The notes under the pieces are model-generated. The model searched no databases and was not told the DNA's origin. It saw only the letters and a list, made by a program, of their open reading frames with translations. A stretch of 63,376 nucleotides of DNA, counting the filler, from Octopus bimaculoides (Eukaryota), in assembly GCF_001194135.2 (NCBI RefSeq). It is 5 parts of 5 records of this genome, joined end to end, with 100 filler letters (N's around TTAATTAATTAA, not from the genome) between each part and the next. Parts side by side here need not be neighbours in the genome. Positions count along the whole stretch, not along the records: positions 27,008 to 54,111 come from NC_068984.1; positions 54,212 to 57,523 come from NW_026315506.1; positions 57,624 to 63,376 come from NC_068981.1; 2 more parts are not named here. One strand, given 5' to 3'. A program made the translations under genes and the position numbers. Positions 51,300 through 63,376 of this stretch are shown piece by piece (position 1 is the stretch's first letter; each line of letters opens with the position of its first letter).

Positions 51300-52900
51300 C
51301 CATCTCGCTTCCGCTGCAAGATGAAACCGTGGATTCCTTTTCCTTTAAACCTTTACATTTTACATAACAATTTCTAGCCTCACTATGAGGCGAAACCGCG
51401 ACTTCCCTTTTCGCTTTTACCTTACAATTATAAACTTTTTAAATAAATGTTCATACCGGATTTACTTATTTTACTTTCCTTTTTTTAAACTAAAAAGTTC
51501 AATCAAAAGTTTTTCACAGTTTCTAATTAAATTACGACTTACCACTTCATCCACTCCTTTTCTTCCACATAATTCACCACCGAGGTGCGAGGCTCAACAT
51601 CTCCCTCCGGCCTCAGTGGGTTCAGTCGCTCACGATGTCCTTCAATTTTGCAATCTTTTAAGTTGGGGTGTCCTACATCTCACTATAATTTTTTCTTTTT
51701 GTTTGTGTCTTTCATGTTGTCTCTTTTTGTCTCTATATTTCTGCTATTTTTGGATTTCTTGTGATTGTATCTGTGTGTCTGTGTGTTCGTGTATTTTTGA
51801 GTCTGTGTGTTCGTGTGTCTGTGTGTTTGTTTGACTGTAATTCTACGTGTTTCTATGTGTGTCTATGTCTTTAGGTTTCCGTAATTCTGGGTTGTCTTGA
51901 TTCTGGTCTGAATAACTCTGTACTTGTAAGTCCTTTGCTGGTAATTCCACTGGTAAATTTTCTCCGTTTCTCGTCGTGGGTTGGGTTTCCTCTTCCATTG
52001 CTTTACACTTCTTTAATTCCACTGTCGTCGGTGACTTCCTTCTCTCTCTTTCCCTGGGTTTCACCTCCGCAAAATTCCCGTCATGTTCTGTTTTTGTTTC
52101 TGCTTTTTGTCTACCATTTCCACTGGAGCTCAAGGACATTTCCTTCTCAAGTGGCCTCTTTCACCACATCCTTAACATTTTTTTTGGGGGGGGGGTCTCC
52201 CCTCCAACATTATTTCCAGCCTTTCTCCATTTGGGAGTTCCAAAGTTTCCGGCTTTTCGTCGTAATATTTCGGGCTCACTGCACAGATTATCTCTATACC
52301 ATAGTCCCATCATTTCACTTGTGTTCGGCTTATTATGCCAATCTTCAGATCTTCACTTTTCTTCCTCAGCTCTGAATTAAAAATTGCGGCTATTTCCCAT
52401 TCTGGGTCTATTGAGGCTGGGATTCTGCCCACTCCAATCCTAACGATTCTTTGGCCCAAAAAGTTTGGCATCAACGTCCATTTTTCTCCCTGTAACAACC
52501 TGTTGTCGGTTTTTTCGCCTCCTCTTCTGATATAAAGTTTACTACTATAGTCGCATATTTCCTTCCTCTTGTAAAGAAAGTTATCCTTTCTCCTATTTGT
52601 TCCTCCAAGATTTCCTCTATCTCTCCCGCGGCGCGTGTTCTATTCTATTTACAATCAAAAATGTTCTGAATATGACCGCCTTGTTTTCCATTTTTCTTTT
52701 TTCCTCTTCTGGCAGGATCATTTTCATATTTGACCCTTCTTTCTTTATCATACCACAATATTTGGTTATCTTCTCCCCATTCCACTCCATCATCTCCGGC
52801 TTCAGCACACGTGGGTCCAGAGGAACTCGACCTCCAGTAGCCTCTGCGTAACTTTTCATTTTGTCAATTGTTTCACTACCACCCAACAATGGCGGCTTCG
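51300..52900 (-). mobile_element. Decayed gag/ORF1-like retroelement relic with a CCHC zinc knuckle
   Basis: KSYAEA near the start; C*GCGERGHLRRKCP at 52133-52177; low-complexity tail; no RT recognised. Confidence 0.65.
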
Positions 52901-52947
52901 TAAAAAAATCGTTTAGAATTCTTCAAAAAACAAAAAAAGGGTGTGAC

Positions 52948-53343
52948 TTGCTAGCTGTTGATGCTTATTCGCCTTTGAAACTATATAGATTTCAAGTGAA
53001 ATACATTCACTGATTTCGAAAATAGAAATATAACATTTCTAAATTTCTCAGAGAGATTTATAGAGTAGCTGCACGATAAAGTGATGGTATGTTGCCAACT
53101 TAATGCTATTTAGCCCTAGGAAACACTGTTTCCAGTTGGCTATGACACATTTTTTGTAGCATTCTTCCCTTTCATGGGACTGCCACATTAAGTTGGCAAC
53201 ATACCATCACTTTATCGTGCTGCTACTCTATAAATCTCTCTGAGAGATTTAGAGATGTAATATTTCTATTTTCGAAATCAGTGAACGTATTACACTTGAA
53301 ATCTATATGATTTCAAAGGCGAATGAGCATCGACAGCTAGCAA
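52948..53343. repeat. Long inverted repeat (158-bp arms, 80-nt loop) derived from the HHR-element family
   Basis: Arms 52948-53105 and 53186-53343; arms and loop are homologous to parts of 1885-2246. Confidence 0.9.
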
Positions 53344-54071
53344 CAAAATACAAGGCCATCCGAAAAAAAGACTGTCCTGGGATATAGAGAATCCTTCCTT
53401 CTGTCATTGAGTACATACGTAAACATCAACGCAAGGAATACTGGTGGAACATTCCCATCGTACGTATCTTCAGTCAAATGTAAAGCAGGTTGTATATAGT
53501 TGTTTTGGACAAAGAAATATGTACATTCGTAAAGGTCAGCTACTCTACTGTTGTGAAAATCTCTTAGAAAATCAAAGAGTTAAAAGAAACTTTCAGATTG
53601 TTATAAATTCACATTTACACCAATGATAATTGGTGCACTTGATTTTGTTAGTCAATGCCTAAGTGACAATCTGGAAAGGCTTAGGTTTCCAGAAAAAAAA
53701 TCAAATACCTGATATGCACATTAAAAATACAATCCGTAAGTGGAACAGTAAAAATACACAAGATTTTATTGAATTTCAACATGTGACATTGTTTCTGATA
53801 TCAACATCCCAATGATGGAGAACACACATTCTTGTGTACATACATACATACATACATACACAAATACATACATACATACACAAATACACACATAGATACA
53901 TATACTATTATATATTTGTCAATTCTGTTGGTTGGAATAAAAACGCCGCCATTTTCAAAGCGTCGGCGTTGTTATTGTTGTTGATGGTGTTACTGCTTTT
54001 GTTCCTGGGTAAGATCTGTTCGAGCAGACCTAGATTGATAAGGCTATTTTAGTCTTATTTCAAACATAGTA

Positions 54072-54111
<40 letters not shown>

Positions 54112-54211
54112 NNNNNNNNNNNNNNNNNNNNNNNNNNNNNNNNNNNNNNNNNNNNTTAATTAATTAANNNNNNNNNNNNNNNNNNNNNNNNNNNNNNNNN
54201 NNNNNNNNNNN
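54112..54211. other. Artificial 100-bp join N44-TTAATTAATTAA-N44
   Basis: Same layout as the other joins. Confidence 0.9.
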
Positions 54212-54229
54212 TATATATATATATGTATG

Positions 54230-54279
<50 letters not shown>

Positions 54280-54829
54280 TGCTGCGTGGCATACACACAC
54301 ACACACACACGGTTCAGTATACACCATTTCCAGCTCGGCCGACTTGCTCAACCATCCACTCACTCCTCCTCCTCACATCCCCTACACCCTGGCTCCCACT
54401 CTCTCCCATCTACACTTCTCCCACCTCCCCTTCTCTTTCACCCGTCCCCCTCACCCTCTATCTCTCTCTCTATCTCCCTCTCCGTCCTGAGTCCTCGTCT
54501 CTATTAGGGTCATTTCATATATTCTTTATTAATCTTTTACGGTTTGTTTGGAACCATTAATCTCTGAGTTCCATTCCATGTCTTATCACTTCGATCAAAT
54601 GGTATTAGCTATGTTTGTCAGTACCGTTTCCATTTTAGATGAGAATCATTGAAAACAGCATTATATCTGTCTGATTATTATACTTTATGACCGCCATCTT
54701 GCCAGACGCTGTGCACTAACACTTCCGGTCCACGTGCCAATGAAGGCGCTTTTATGCGTTCGTGTGTTTTGCTAGTTATAGCAGCTAAATCTCCCTGAAA
54801 GCACGCACTACGAGATTAAGAATGAATAT

Positions 54830-55490
54830 ACTGGATTATGTATGCCTAGGTTTCATGCAGATAGAAAAAGGCGTGATGGTCATCGCTGGAACATCTCTTG
54901 ATCATACGTCTGCGGGATCAGAAATGATCCGGGCCTAAACAACAATTATAGCCACTAATATTAATTACTAAACATACGTTAGATAATGTAGTCCTAGATA
55001 CATTGTGTCAGAATAAAAGATAGGATGCTCACAGATGGAGCATCTATGATAATGGTCTGCTGGATTAGGACTGACCTGGGCTAAAGAATAACAATGTTGC
55101 AGACATAATGTATCTAGGACTACATTAGGAAATGTAGTTTTACATTGCACTATGTCTGTATAGATGGGATGGTCACATCTGGAAGATCTTCAATCATTGA
55201 TCCATTGATCTACTGAGTCGGGAATGACCTGGGGCTAAACAGCAACAGCCATTAATACATTGGATAATATAGTCCTTGATACGTTATGTCTGAATAAAAG
55301 GTGGGATGGTCACCGCTGGAATAAATTTGATCATTGGTCTGCTGGATTAGGACTAACCTAGGGCCAAACAACAACAACTATAGCCACCATTGATAGCTAC
55401 TCTACTATACATTAGATAATGTACTCCTAGATACACTAGGTCTCAAAAAAAATGGTACGGACACAGCTGGAATAACTTTAATGATCTTGT
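54830..55490 (+). repeat. Degenerate tandem array of a roughly 120-150-bp unit
   Basis: GATAATGTAGTCCTAGATACA...GGATGGTCAC...CTGGAA...GACCTGGGGCTAAACAACAAC recurs about 5 times; related single copies at 29510-29860 and, inverted, at 19400-19540. Confidence 0.8.
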
Positions 55491-55654
55491 CTTCTTTTTA
55501 TTTTCATCATAAACAGCCATAGACAAAAAGAGGTTTGATACTGAATATGTGGATGTGAACAAATGTAATGTAATATTAAGATGATGGACTGAAGTTTATA
55601 ACTGAAGCAACCACGCATCCTCTAGAAATCCGACAGTTACTTCCAAAGCTTTAA

Positions 55655-55825
55655 AGTAATAGGCGCAAACGTGGCTGAGTCGTAAGAAATTTGCCACCCA
55701 CCCACTTAGTTCCGGGTTCAGCACTTCTGCCTGGCATCTTGGCCAAGTATCTTCTATTATAGCCTCGGGACGACCAAAGCATTGTGAGTGAGTTTGGTAG
55801 ACGGAAACTAAAAGAAGCCTGTTCT
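55655..55825 (+). mobile_element. tRNA-derived SINE, family B
   Basis: AGGCGCAAACGTGGCTGAGTCGTAAG...CTATTATAGCCTCGGGACGACCAAAGC...GACGGAAACTAAAAGAAGCC. Confidence 0.8.
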
Positions 55826-55834
55826 ATATTTAAG

Positions 55835-56890
55835 AGATAAGGAGTTATGTACATTATTTACATTATTTACATTTGACGGATATTTGTCCTCGTCTTGTTT
55901 GTTGTTAACCCAACGTTNNNNNNNNNNNNNNNNNNNNNNNNNNNNNNNNNNNNNNNNNNNNNNNNNNNNNNNNNNNNNNNNNNNNNNNNNNNNNNNNNNN
56001 NNNNNNNNNNNNNNNNNNNNNNNNNNNNNNNNNNNNNNNNNNNNNNNNNNNNNNNNNNNNNNNNNNNNNNNNNNNNNNNNNNNNNNNNNNNNNNNNNNNN
56101 NNNNNNNNNNNNNNNNNNNNNNNNNNNNNNNNNNNNNNNNNNNNNNNNNNNNNNNNNNNNNNNNNNNNNNNNNNNNNNNNNNNNNNNNNNNNNNNNNNNN
56201 NNNNNNNNNNNNNNNNNNNNNNNNNNNNNNNNNNNNNNNNNNNNNNNNNNNNNNNNNNNNNNNNNNNNNNNNNNNNNNNNNNNNNNNNNNNNNNNNNNNN
56301 NNNNNNNNNNNNNNNNNNNNNNNNNNNNNNNNNNNNNNNNNNNNNNNNNNNNNNNNNNNNNNNNNNNNNNNNNNNNNNNNNNNNNNNNNNNNNNNNNNNN
56401 NNNNNNNNNNNNNNNNNNNNNNNNNNNNNNNNNNNNNNNNNNNNNNNNNNNNNNNNNNNNNNNNNNNNNNNNNNNNNNNNNNNNNNNNNNNNNNNNNNNN
56501 NNNNNNNNNNNNNNNNNNNNNNNNNNNNNNNNNNNNNNNNNNNNNNNNNNNNNNNNNNNNNNNNNNNNNNNNNNNNNNNNNNNNNNNNNNNNNNNNNNNN
56601 NNNNNNNNNNNNNNNNNNNNNNNNNNNNNNNNNNNTGGCTTGGTAGTTCCGGCTTAATAAGTTTTGGTCTTGAGCAGCTAATATGAAACCTTCACTCTCT
56701 GCTTTTAGCCCTGAACTTCGTAACCACTGATGCGTGTGTTTCTGGTCGACATCAGCTTGTTTGCTATGAGCCACATACTTGCCATACAGAGGTCTCTGTT
56801 CCCATCTGCTAGCTAATTTAATTGTGATTTTATTTGACATTTTCCCTTCTCAGATTCACAAACTTATTGCAGCAGTCCTTCAGTTTTTCT
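55835..56890 (-). mobile_element. R4/Dong-like non-LTR retrotransposon 3' part, mostly in a gap
   Basis: WEQRPLYGKY...HQWLRSSGLKAESEGFILAAQDQNLLSRNY matches the R4-clade post-RT motif (ETEG...AIQDQ...TRNY). Confidence 0.85.
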
Positions 56891-56978
56891 AAGCTCTGTA
56901 AAAGAACTTGAAAGTTTACGCCTCTAAGCAGGCTTTTCGCGACACCATTAAAGCCAAGGACTTTTCAGTACCCCTCAC

Positions 56979-57021
<43 letters not shown>

Positions 57022-57523
57022 CAGACAGGCAGACAGTCAGATAGATAGATACATACATACATACATACATACATATACATATACACAGACATACACACAC
57101 ATACATACATACATACATACATACATATGTTTTATGATAATGAATGAGTGCAATATAAAATATTTATTTCGTCCGTTCACGAAACAATATTGTTTTTAAT
57201 AAAACAAACTGATAGCGAGGCTGGCTTTATGCTCTGAACTGTTAACTAGAGAAAGTGTCTCGATATATAAACACACTGCCACGTTCTACATAAAGATAGA
57301 CGAAGAGATAAAGAGAGACAGCTGTAGAGACAAGGTAAGGTACATGGTTAGATGCATAAATTTATATAAAGGAGGTAGGTAGGTAGGTAGGTAGGTAGGT
57401 AGGTAGGTAGGTGGGAAACGAAATAGTAGGCGGGTTAATAGATATACACGTATAGATACACACATAGACAAAACTAAAGATGTGTAGATAGCTAGAGAGA
57501 TAGACAGACAGACAGACAGACAG

Positions 57524-57623
57524 NNNNNNNNNNNNNNNNNNNNNNNNNNNNNNNNNNNNNNNNNNNNTTAATTAATTAANNNNNNNNNNNNNNNNNNNNN
57601 NNNNNNNNNNNNNNNNNNNNNNN
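57524..57623. other. Artificial 100-bp join N44-TTAATTAATTAA-N44
   Basis: Same layout as the other joins. Confidence 0.9.
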
Positions 57624-57768
57624 CGGAAGAGGATGCGCTCCAGTTTGGTGATGGTAGGGTCGAGACAAGGAGCGACGGTCAGGCGGTAGTAGATGACGGA
57701 CGCGATGTACGTGTTCGCCACCTCCGCCCGACCTTTCAGGGAAAGCTTCCTCTCGGCCCATTGCCGGG
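57624..57768 (-). mobile_element. Tx1/L1-like LINE ORF2 fragment
   Basis: GC-rich; minus frame RQWAERKLSLKGRAEVANTYIASVIYYRLTVAPCLDPTITKLERILF matches the W..R.LSL.GR motif after the L1/Tx1 RT. Confidence 0.75.
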
Positions 57769-57769
57769 C

Positions 57770-57814
<45 letters not shown>

Positions 57815-58290
57815 GGATAGATAGTTAGATAGATAGTTAGATAGATAGATAAATCAAGAAAGAGAGAGGGAGAAGGGTGAAAGGGAGAAGGGTGAAAGGG
57901 AGAGGGAGAGAGACAATGTCAAATTGATAGCTAGCTAGCTAGCTAGATAGTTAGATAGATAGATAGATAGATATTCAGGCGTAAAAATAGTAGAGACGTA
58001 CTAGGTAATATTTTTCAATATTATACTAATGAAGCGTAAACCAGGAACCAAGTTTTCGGCAACTATTCCTGGCATCGAGCTTCAATTGTATATTCCGTAG
58101 GACTTGTGAATAAAGAAGCGGAAGGCAAAGAAAGAATTGGAAAGCAAGATGCAAATGAAATAAATGTAAACGCCAAAAAGTTAGGATGGACCAAAATTCT
58201 TTTACATCATTATAATTGGTTATCAGCTGTGTTATGTCTTTATGCAACTTTATGAAAAGTTGCCGCTATGCATATAAATACATACATGCA

Positions 58291-58333
<43 letters not shown>

Positions 58334-59049
58334 NNNNNNNNNNNNNNNNNNNNNNNNNNNNNNNNNNNNNNNNNNNNNNNNNNNNNNNNNNNNNNNNNNN
58401 NNNNNNNNNNNNNNNNNNNNNNNNNNNNNNNNNNNNNNNNNNNNNNNNNNNNNNNNNNNNNNNNNNNNNNNNNNNNNNNNNNNNNNNNNNNNNNNNNNNN
58501 NNNNNNNNNNNNNNNNNNNNNNNNNNNNNNNNNNNNNNNNNNNNNNNNNNNNNNNNNNNNNNNNNNNNNNNNNNNNNNNNNNNNNNNNNNNNNNNNNNNN
58601 NNNNNNNNNNNNNNNNNNNNNNNNNNNNNNNNNNNNNNNNNNNNNNNNNNNNNNNNNNNNNNNNNNNNNNNNNNNNNNNNNNNNNNNNNNNNNNNNNNNN
58701 NNNNNNNNNNNNNNNNNNNNNNNNNNNNNNNNNNNNNNNNNNNNNNNNNNNNNNNNNNNNNNNNNNNNNNNNNNNNNNNNNNNNNNNNNNNNNNNNNNNN
58801 NNNNNNNNNNNNNNNNNNNNNNNNNNNNNNNNNNNNNNNNNNNNNNNNNNNNNNNNNNNNNNNNNNNNNNNNNNNNNNNNNNNNNNNNNNNNNNNNNNNN
58901 NNNNNNNNNNNNNNNNNNNNNNNNNNNNNNNNNNNNNNNNNNNNNNNNNNNNNNNNNNNNNNNNNNNNNNNNNNNNNNNNNNNNNNNNNNNNNNNNNNNN
59001 NNNNNNNNNNNNNNNNNNNNNNNNNNNNNNNNNNNNNNNNNNNNNNNNN

Positions 59050-61130
59050 NNNATATATACATACATACATACATACATATATATATTTATTTATTTATAT
59101 ATATTCATACACACATACACATATATATGCATTTATATTTATATATGAATATACATATATATTCAAATATGTATAGCTAAAAATGCATATATCCATATGT
59201 TTTTATGCGTTTCTATGTTCTTCAGTGGGTGAGTAGATATATTACTATCACCAAAACACAGATAATACGAAGCGTATAACCGCGCGCATGCACACACTCA
59301 CACTCACACACACACACACACACACGCACACACACACACACACATACACACACACCAAATCAATAGTTTGTCAACTCCATACCTACCACAGCTTCTGCTA
59401 CAAAGCAAACGCATCTATCGTACGGTTTTGGTCGAAAAAAAGTAAAACGGGGCGAAAAGGTCTAATATGCTTCATATAGCATTACACTTCACTTGCGTCG
59501 TATGAAAGGTAAACGATTGATTCTTCGGGAAATACGTTAGCATTAATAGTTATGTATGTAGTTTTGATTTAAAGAAGTAATAGTTAGGTAAAAAATAACG
59601 CGTAATCATCTTATCTTCACGTAAGTGCCTGCGTATATGCAGGCAATTATTCATGTGCATATACACACACGCAGATATACATATGTATATACATATGTAT
59701 CTACATATGTATATTCTCCTAAAATTAGCTAGTAACTAAATATCTACTTTATGGTGTATATATATATATATATATNNNNNNNNNNNNNNNNNNNNNNNNN
59801 NNNNNNNNNNNNNNNNNNNNNNNNNNNNNNNNNNNNNNNNNNNNNNNNNNNNNNNNNNNNNNNNNNNNNNNNNNNNNNNNNNNNNNNNNNNNNNNNNNNN
59901 NNNNNNNNNNNNNNNNNNNNNNNNNNNNNNNNNNNNNNNNNNNNNNNNNNNNNNNNNNNNNNNNNNNNNNNNNNNNNNNNNNNNNNNNNNNNNNNNNNNN
60001 NNNNNNNNNNNNNNNNNNNNNNNNNNNNNNNNNNNNNNNNNNNNNNNNNNNNNNNNNNNNNNNNNNNNNNNNNNNNNNNNNNNNNNNNNNNNNNNNNNNN
60101 NNNNNNNNNNNNNNNNNNNNNNNNNNNNNNNNNNNNNNNNNNNNNNNNNNNNNNNNNNNNNNNNNNNNNNNNNNNNNNNNNNNNNNNNNNNNNNNNNNNN
60201 NNNNNNNNNNNNNNNNNNNNNNNNNNNNNNNNNNNNNNNNNNNNNNNNNNNNNNNNNNNNNNNNNNNNNNNNNNNNNNNNNNNNNNNNNNNNNNNNNNNN
60301 NNNNNNNNNNNNNNNNNNNNNNNNNNNNNNNNNNNNNNNNNNNNNNNNNNNNNNNNNNNNNNNNNNNNNNNNNNNNNNNNNNNNNNNNNNNNNNNNNNNN
60401 NNNNNNNNNNNNNNNNNNNNNNNNNNNNNNNNNNNNNNNNNNNNNNNNNNNNNNNNNNNNNNNNNNNNNNNNNNNNNNNNNNNNNNNNNNNNNNNNNNNN
60501 NNNNNNNNNNNNNNNNNNNNNNNNNNNNNNNNNNNNNNNNNNNNNNNNNNNNNNNNNNTGTCATCGATGAGTTCTTGAAACTTGGTTATTTTCCCTAAAA
60601 CTATATATATATATATATATACATACACACTTATACATACACAAATATATCTTCACAAGCTACCAACTAATATAGCCACGCGTACTGATATATCTGTATT
60701 CGATTATAAGTAAGAATGAGTGTGCATGCCTATATAATTATGTATGAGCGTACGTATAATTTTTTTTTTCTTTTTGTTATTCATATGAACGTATTTCCAT
60801 TTTTGTGCTTTATGTACACATGATTGAGCGCGTATTTGAGTATAAATAATTTATATGCAAAAGTTTTCTATAGATGAATGGTTCGATGAAGTCTTTGCTG
60901 TGTAATCGTATACCTTAGTTCGTTTATTTAAAATTATATACGCGTTTGTAAAACGTACATTAGTTGTACAGAACATTTGAAGATGAAGAAAGATAATGAT
61001 GGCAAAATATTTTTAAAAATTCTGAAAAAACTCAAAGAAACACTACGTTCGAAAAAAAAATCTATATAAAATTTGGAAGAGCTCCGTATATATACGCATA
61101 TGTATACATATATACGTATGTACATATGCA

Positions 61131-61168
<38 letters not shown>

Positions 61169-61861
61169 NNNNNNNNNNTATATAAACAACAATATTACAT
61201 ATATATATATACACAACAATATTACATATATATATATATATATAGAGAGAGAGATAGATAGATATATACATATATATATATACATATATACGTATATACT
61301 TATATACTTACATTTATGTTTTAATAATGATATAAGAAAATGAACCATAAGTATTTTGCAGAAAAAAAGTTATTAAATAATAATGATAGCATTATTACTG
61401 CTTCAAGAAAATAAAGAATGATAAAAATGATCGCATGAGGTGGAGATGGTGAATGAACAGTATTTGTGGAATTTTTTTTTTAATAATTTTTCGCTAAATT
61501 CATTTTTTTGTTTCGCATGTTTAAATATTTAGAAAACACAGACACAGATACACGAGCACACACTGACGTGCATATTTGTATAGTCGTAGATGGATATGAA
61601 TATATTAGTCTCCTTAAAAATACAATATATACATATGTATATATTCAGAAATACAAACCTACATACATACATATATACATACATACATAGATGCATACAT
61701 ACAGATATATATACACACACCCACACACCCACATATAAATACATATACATACAAACACACACATATATACATATATATACATACACACGCATATATATAC
61801 ATATATATATACATACACACACATATATATACATATATATATACATATATATTTGTATATG

Positions 61862-61907
<46 letters not shown>

Positions 61908-62372
61908 NNNNNNNNNNNNNNNNNNNNNNNNNNNNNNNNNNNNNNNNNNNNNNNNNNNNNNNNNNNNNNNNNNNNNNNNNNNNNNNNNNNNNNNNNNNNN
62001 NNNNNNNNNNNNNNNNNNNNNNNNNNNNNNNNNNNNNNNNNNNNNNNNNNNNNNNNNNNNNNNNNNNNNNNNNNNNNNNNNNNNNNNNNNNNNNNNNNNN
62101 NNNNNNNNNNNNNNNNNNNNNNNNNNNNNNNNNNNNNNNNNNNNNNNNNNNNNNNNNNNNNNNNNNNNNNNNNNNNNNNNNNNNNNNNNNNNNNNNNNNN
62201 NNNNNNNNNNNNNNNNNNNNNNNNNNNNNNNNNNNNNNNNNNNNNNNNNNNNNNNNNNNNNNNNNNNNNNNNNNNNNNNNNNNNNNNNNNNNNNNNNATA
62301 TATACATATATTTGTATGTATGTAACATATATATATATATACACACACATATATCTGTGTATATGTATATAC

Positions 62373-62427
<55 letters not shown>

Positions 62428-63030
62428 TATGTGTGTGTGTGTGTGTGTGCGTGTATATGTCTGTATGTATCTTTACGTATACGTAAATGTACATGCACGT
62501 GTGCAATTTCTACTTCTGGGTGTTTGTAAGTTTATTTATATGTGTTTACTTGTGAGAGAATGTTTTTTTTTCGGATGTGAAAAGCTTAAGAAAGATTATA
62601 ATTTTGGTTAACTTTACGTTATTGCGAAAAGTCCACATACACTCTTATTTACATATATAAACATATAATATTAAATACTTATACACTCTTACATCTATGA
62701 TCACACTATTTGATCTTCTGTATATATTTATGCGTTAGCGTTATTGAACGTAATGTATTTCTCAAGGAATTTTTTGAAATTGAAGCAACAAAACTACTAA
62801 TAAAAAAGGAACGAGGCATAAGAAAGAAACGAACGCGAAATGTGGAAAAATACACATATATAAATGTACGTAGCTGTGTATATATATGTACCACTCGCTA
62901 TCTCCATTTCTCTCTCCGTATGTGAGTGTGTGAGCTTGTGTGTGAGTTGTGTGTATACGGCAGGACACACGCATATACAGACACAGACAAACACAAAAAC
63001 ACACATGTATGCATATATATACGTATATAC

Positions 63031-63067
<37 letters not shown>

Positions 63068-63376
63068 TAGATACATACATACATATATACATATATATAA
63101 ATACACACATATATATATCTATATATATATATATATATATATGATCATATATATGCAGATATATATATATATATATATACACATATATATATATATATCA
63201 TCATTTATATACGATATGTATATATTTCTATGTATATATACACAGATATATATTATATATATATGTATGTATGCATTTACATATATATATATATATATAC
63301 CTATTTATGTGTTTGTGTGAGTGTGAGTGTGTGTGTGAGTGTGTGTGTGTGTGAGTGTGTGTGTGTGTGTGTGTGT
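59050..63376. repeat. AT-rich region dominated by (TA)/(CA)/(TG) mosaics and large gaps
   Basis: Directly visible; no informative ORFs. Confidence 0.9.

Noticed and set aside
59200-59232. Minus-strand CTGAAGA-ACATA-GAAA-CGCATA hammerhead-like string
   Set aside because: Neither stem I nor stem II can pair.
60560-60595. CGATGA-GTTCTT-GAAA motif next to a gap
   Set aside because: Core incomplete and no stem I; the context is lost in the gap.

Overview
AT-rich, repeat-dense eukaryotic DNA with many N gaps. The SINE families and microsatellite load point to a coleoid cephalopod, probably Octopus (inference). I recognised no intact host protein-coding gene, and nearly all listed ORFs are microsatellite or gap artefacts. 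Mobile content: a decayed Penelope-like element (RT with YRDD plus GIY-YIG, 1-3.6 kb, minus strand), three mariner relics, RTE, CR1/L2, R4/Dong and Tx1-like LINE fragments, a gag-like CCHC relic and many tRNA-derived SINEs. A tRNA-Leu(CAG) cluster (35.8-47 kb) is built from duplicated cassettes: 4 full-length genes, 2 pseudogenes, 1 truncated copy and a recent inverted duplication. The most interesting signal is hammerhead ribozymes (HHRs). (i) A highly self-complementary unit of about 330 nt with a minimal type I HHR is inserted, with a 7-bp TSD and 17-nt terminal redundancy, into the Penelope RT. Two diverged relatives occur elsewhere: one covaries in the HHR stems, the other reads across the end-to-start junction, as expected for a circular or tandem retrozyme-like RNA. 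(ii) At 45589-45661 (minus) all HHR core elements are present but in a non-circularly permuted, pseudoknotted order, in a repeat that interrupts a tRNA-Leu gene. Four 100-bp N44-TTAATTAATTAA-N44 blocks look like artificial joins, so adjacency across them is uncertain.
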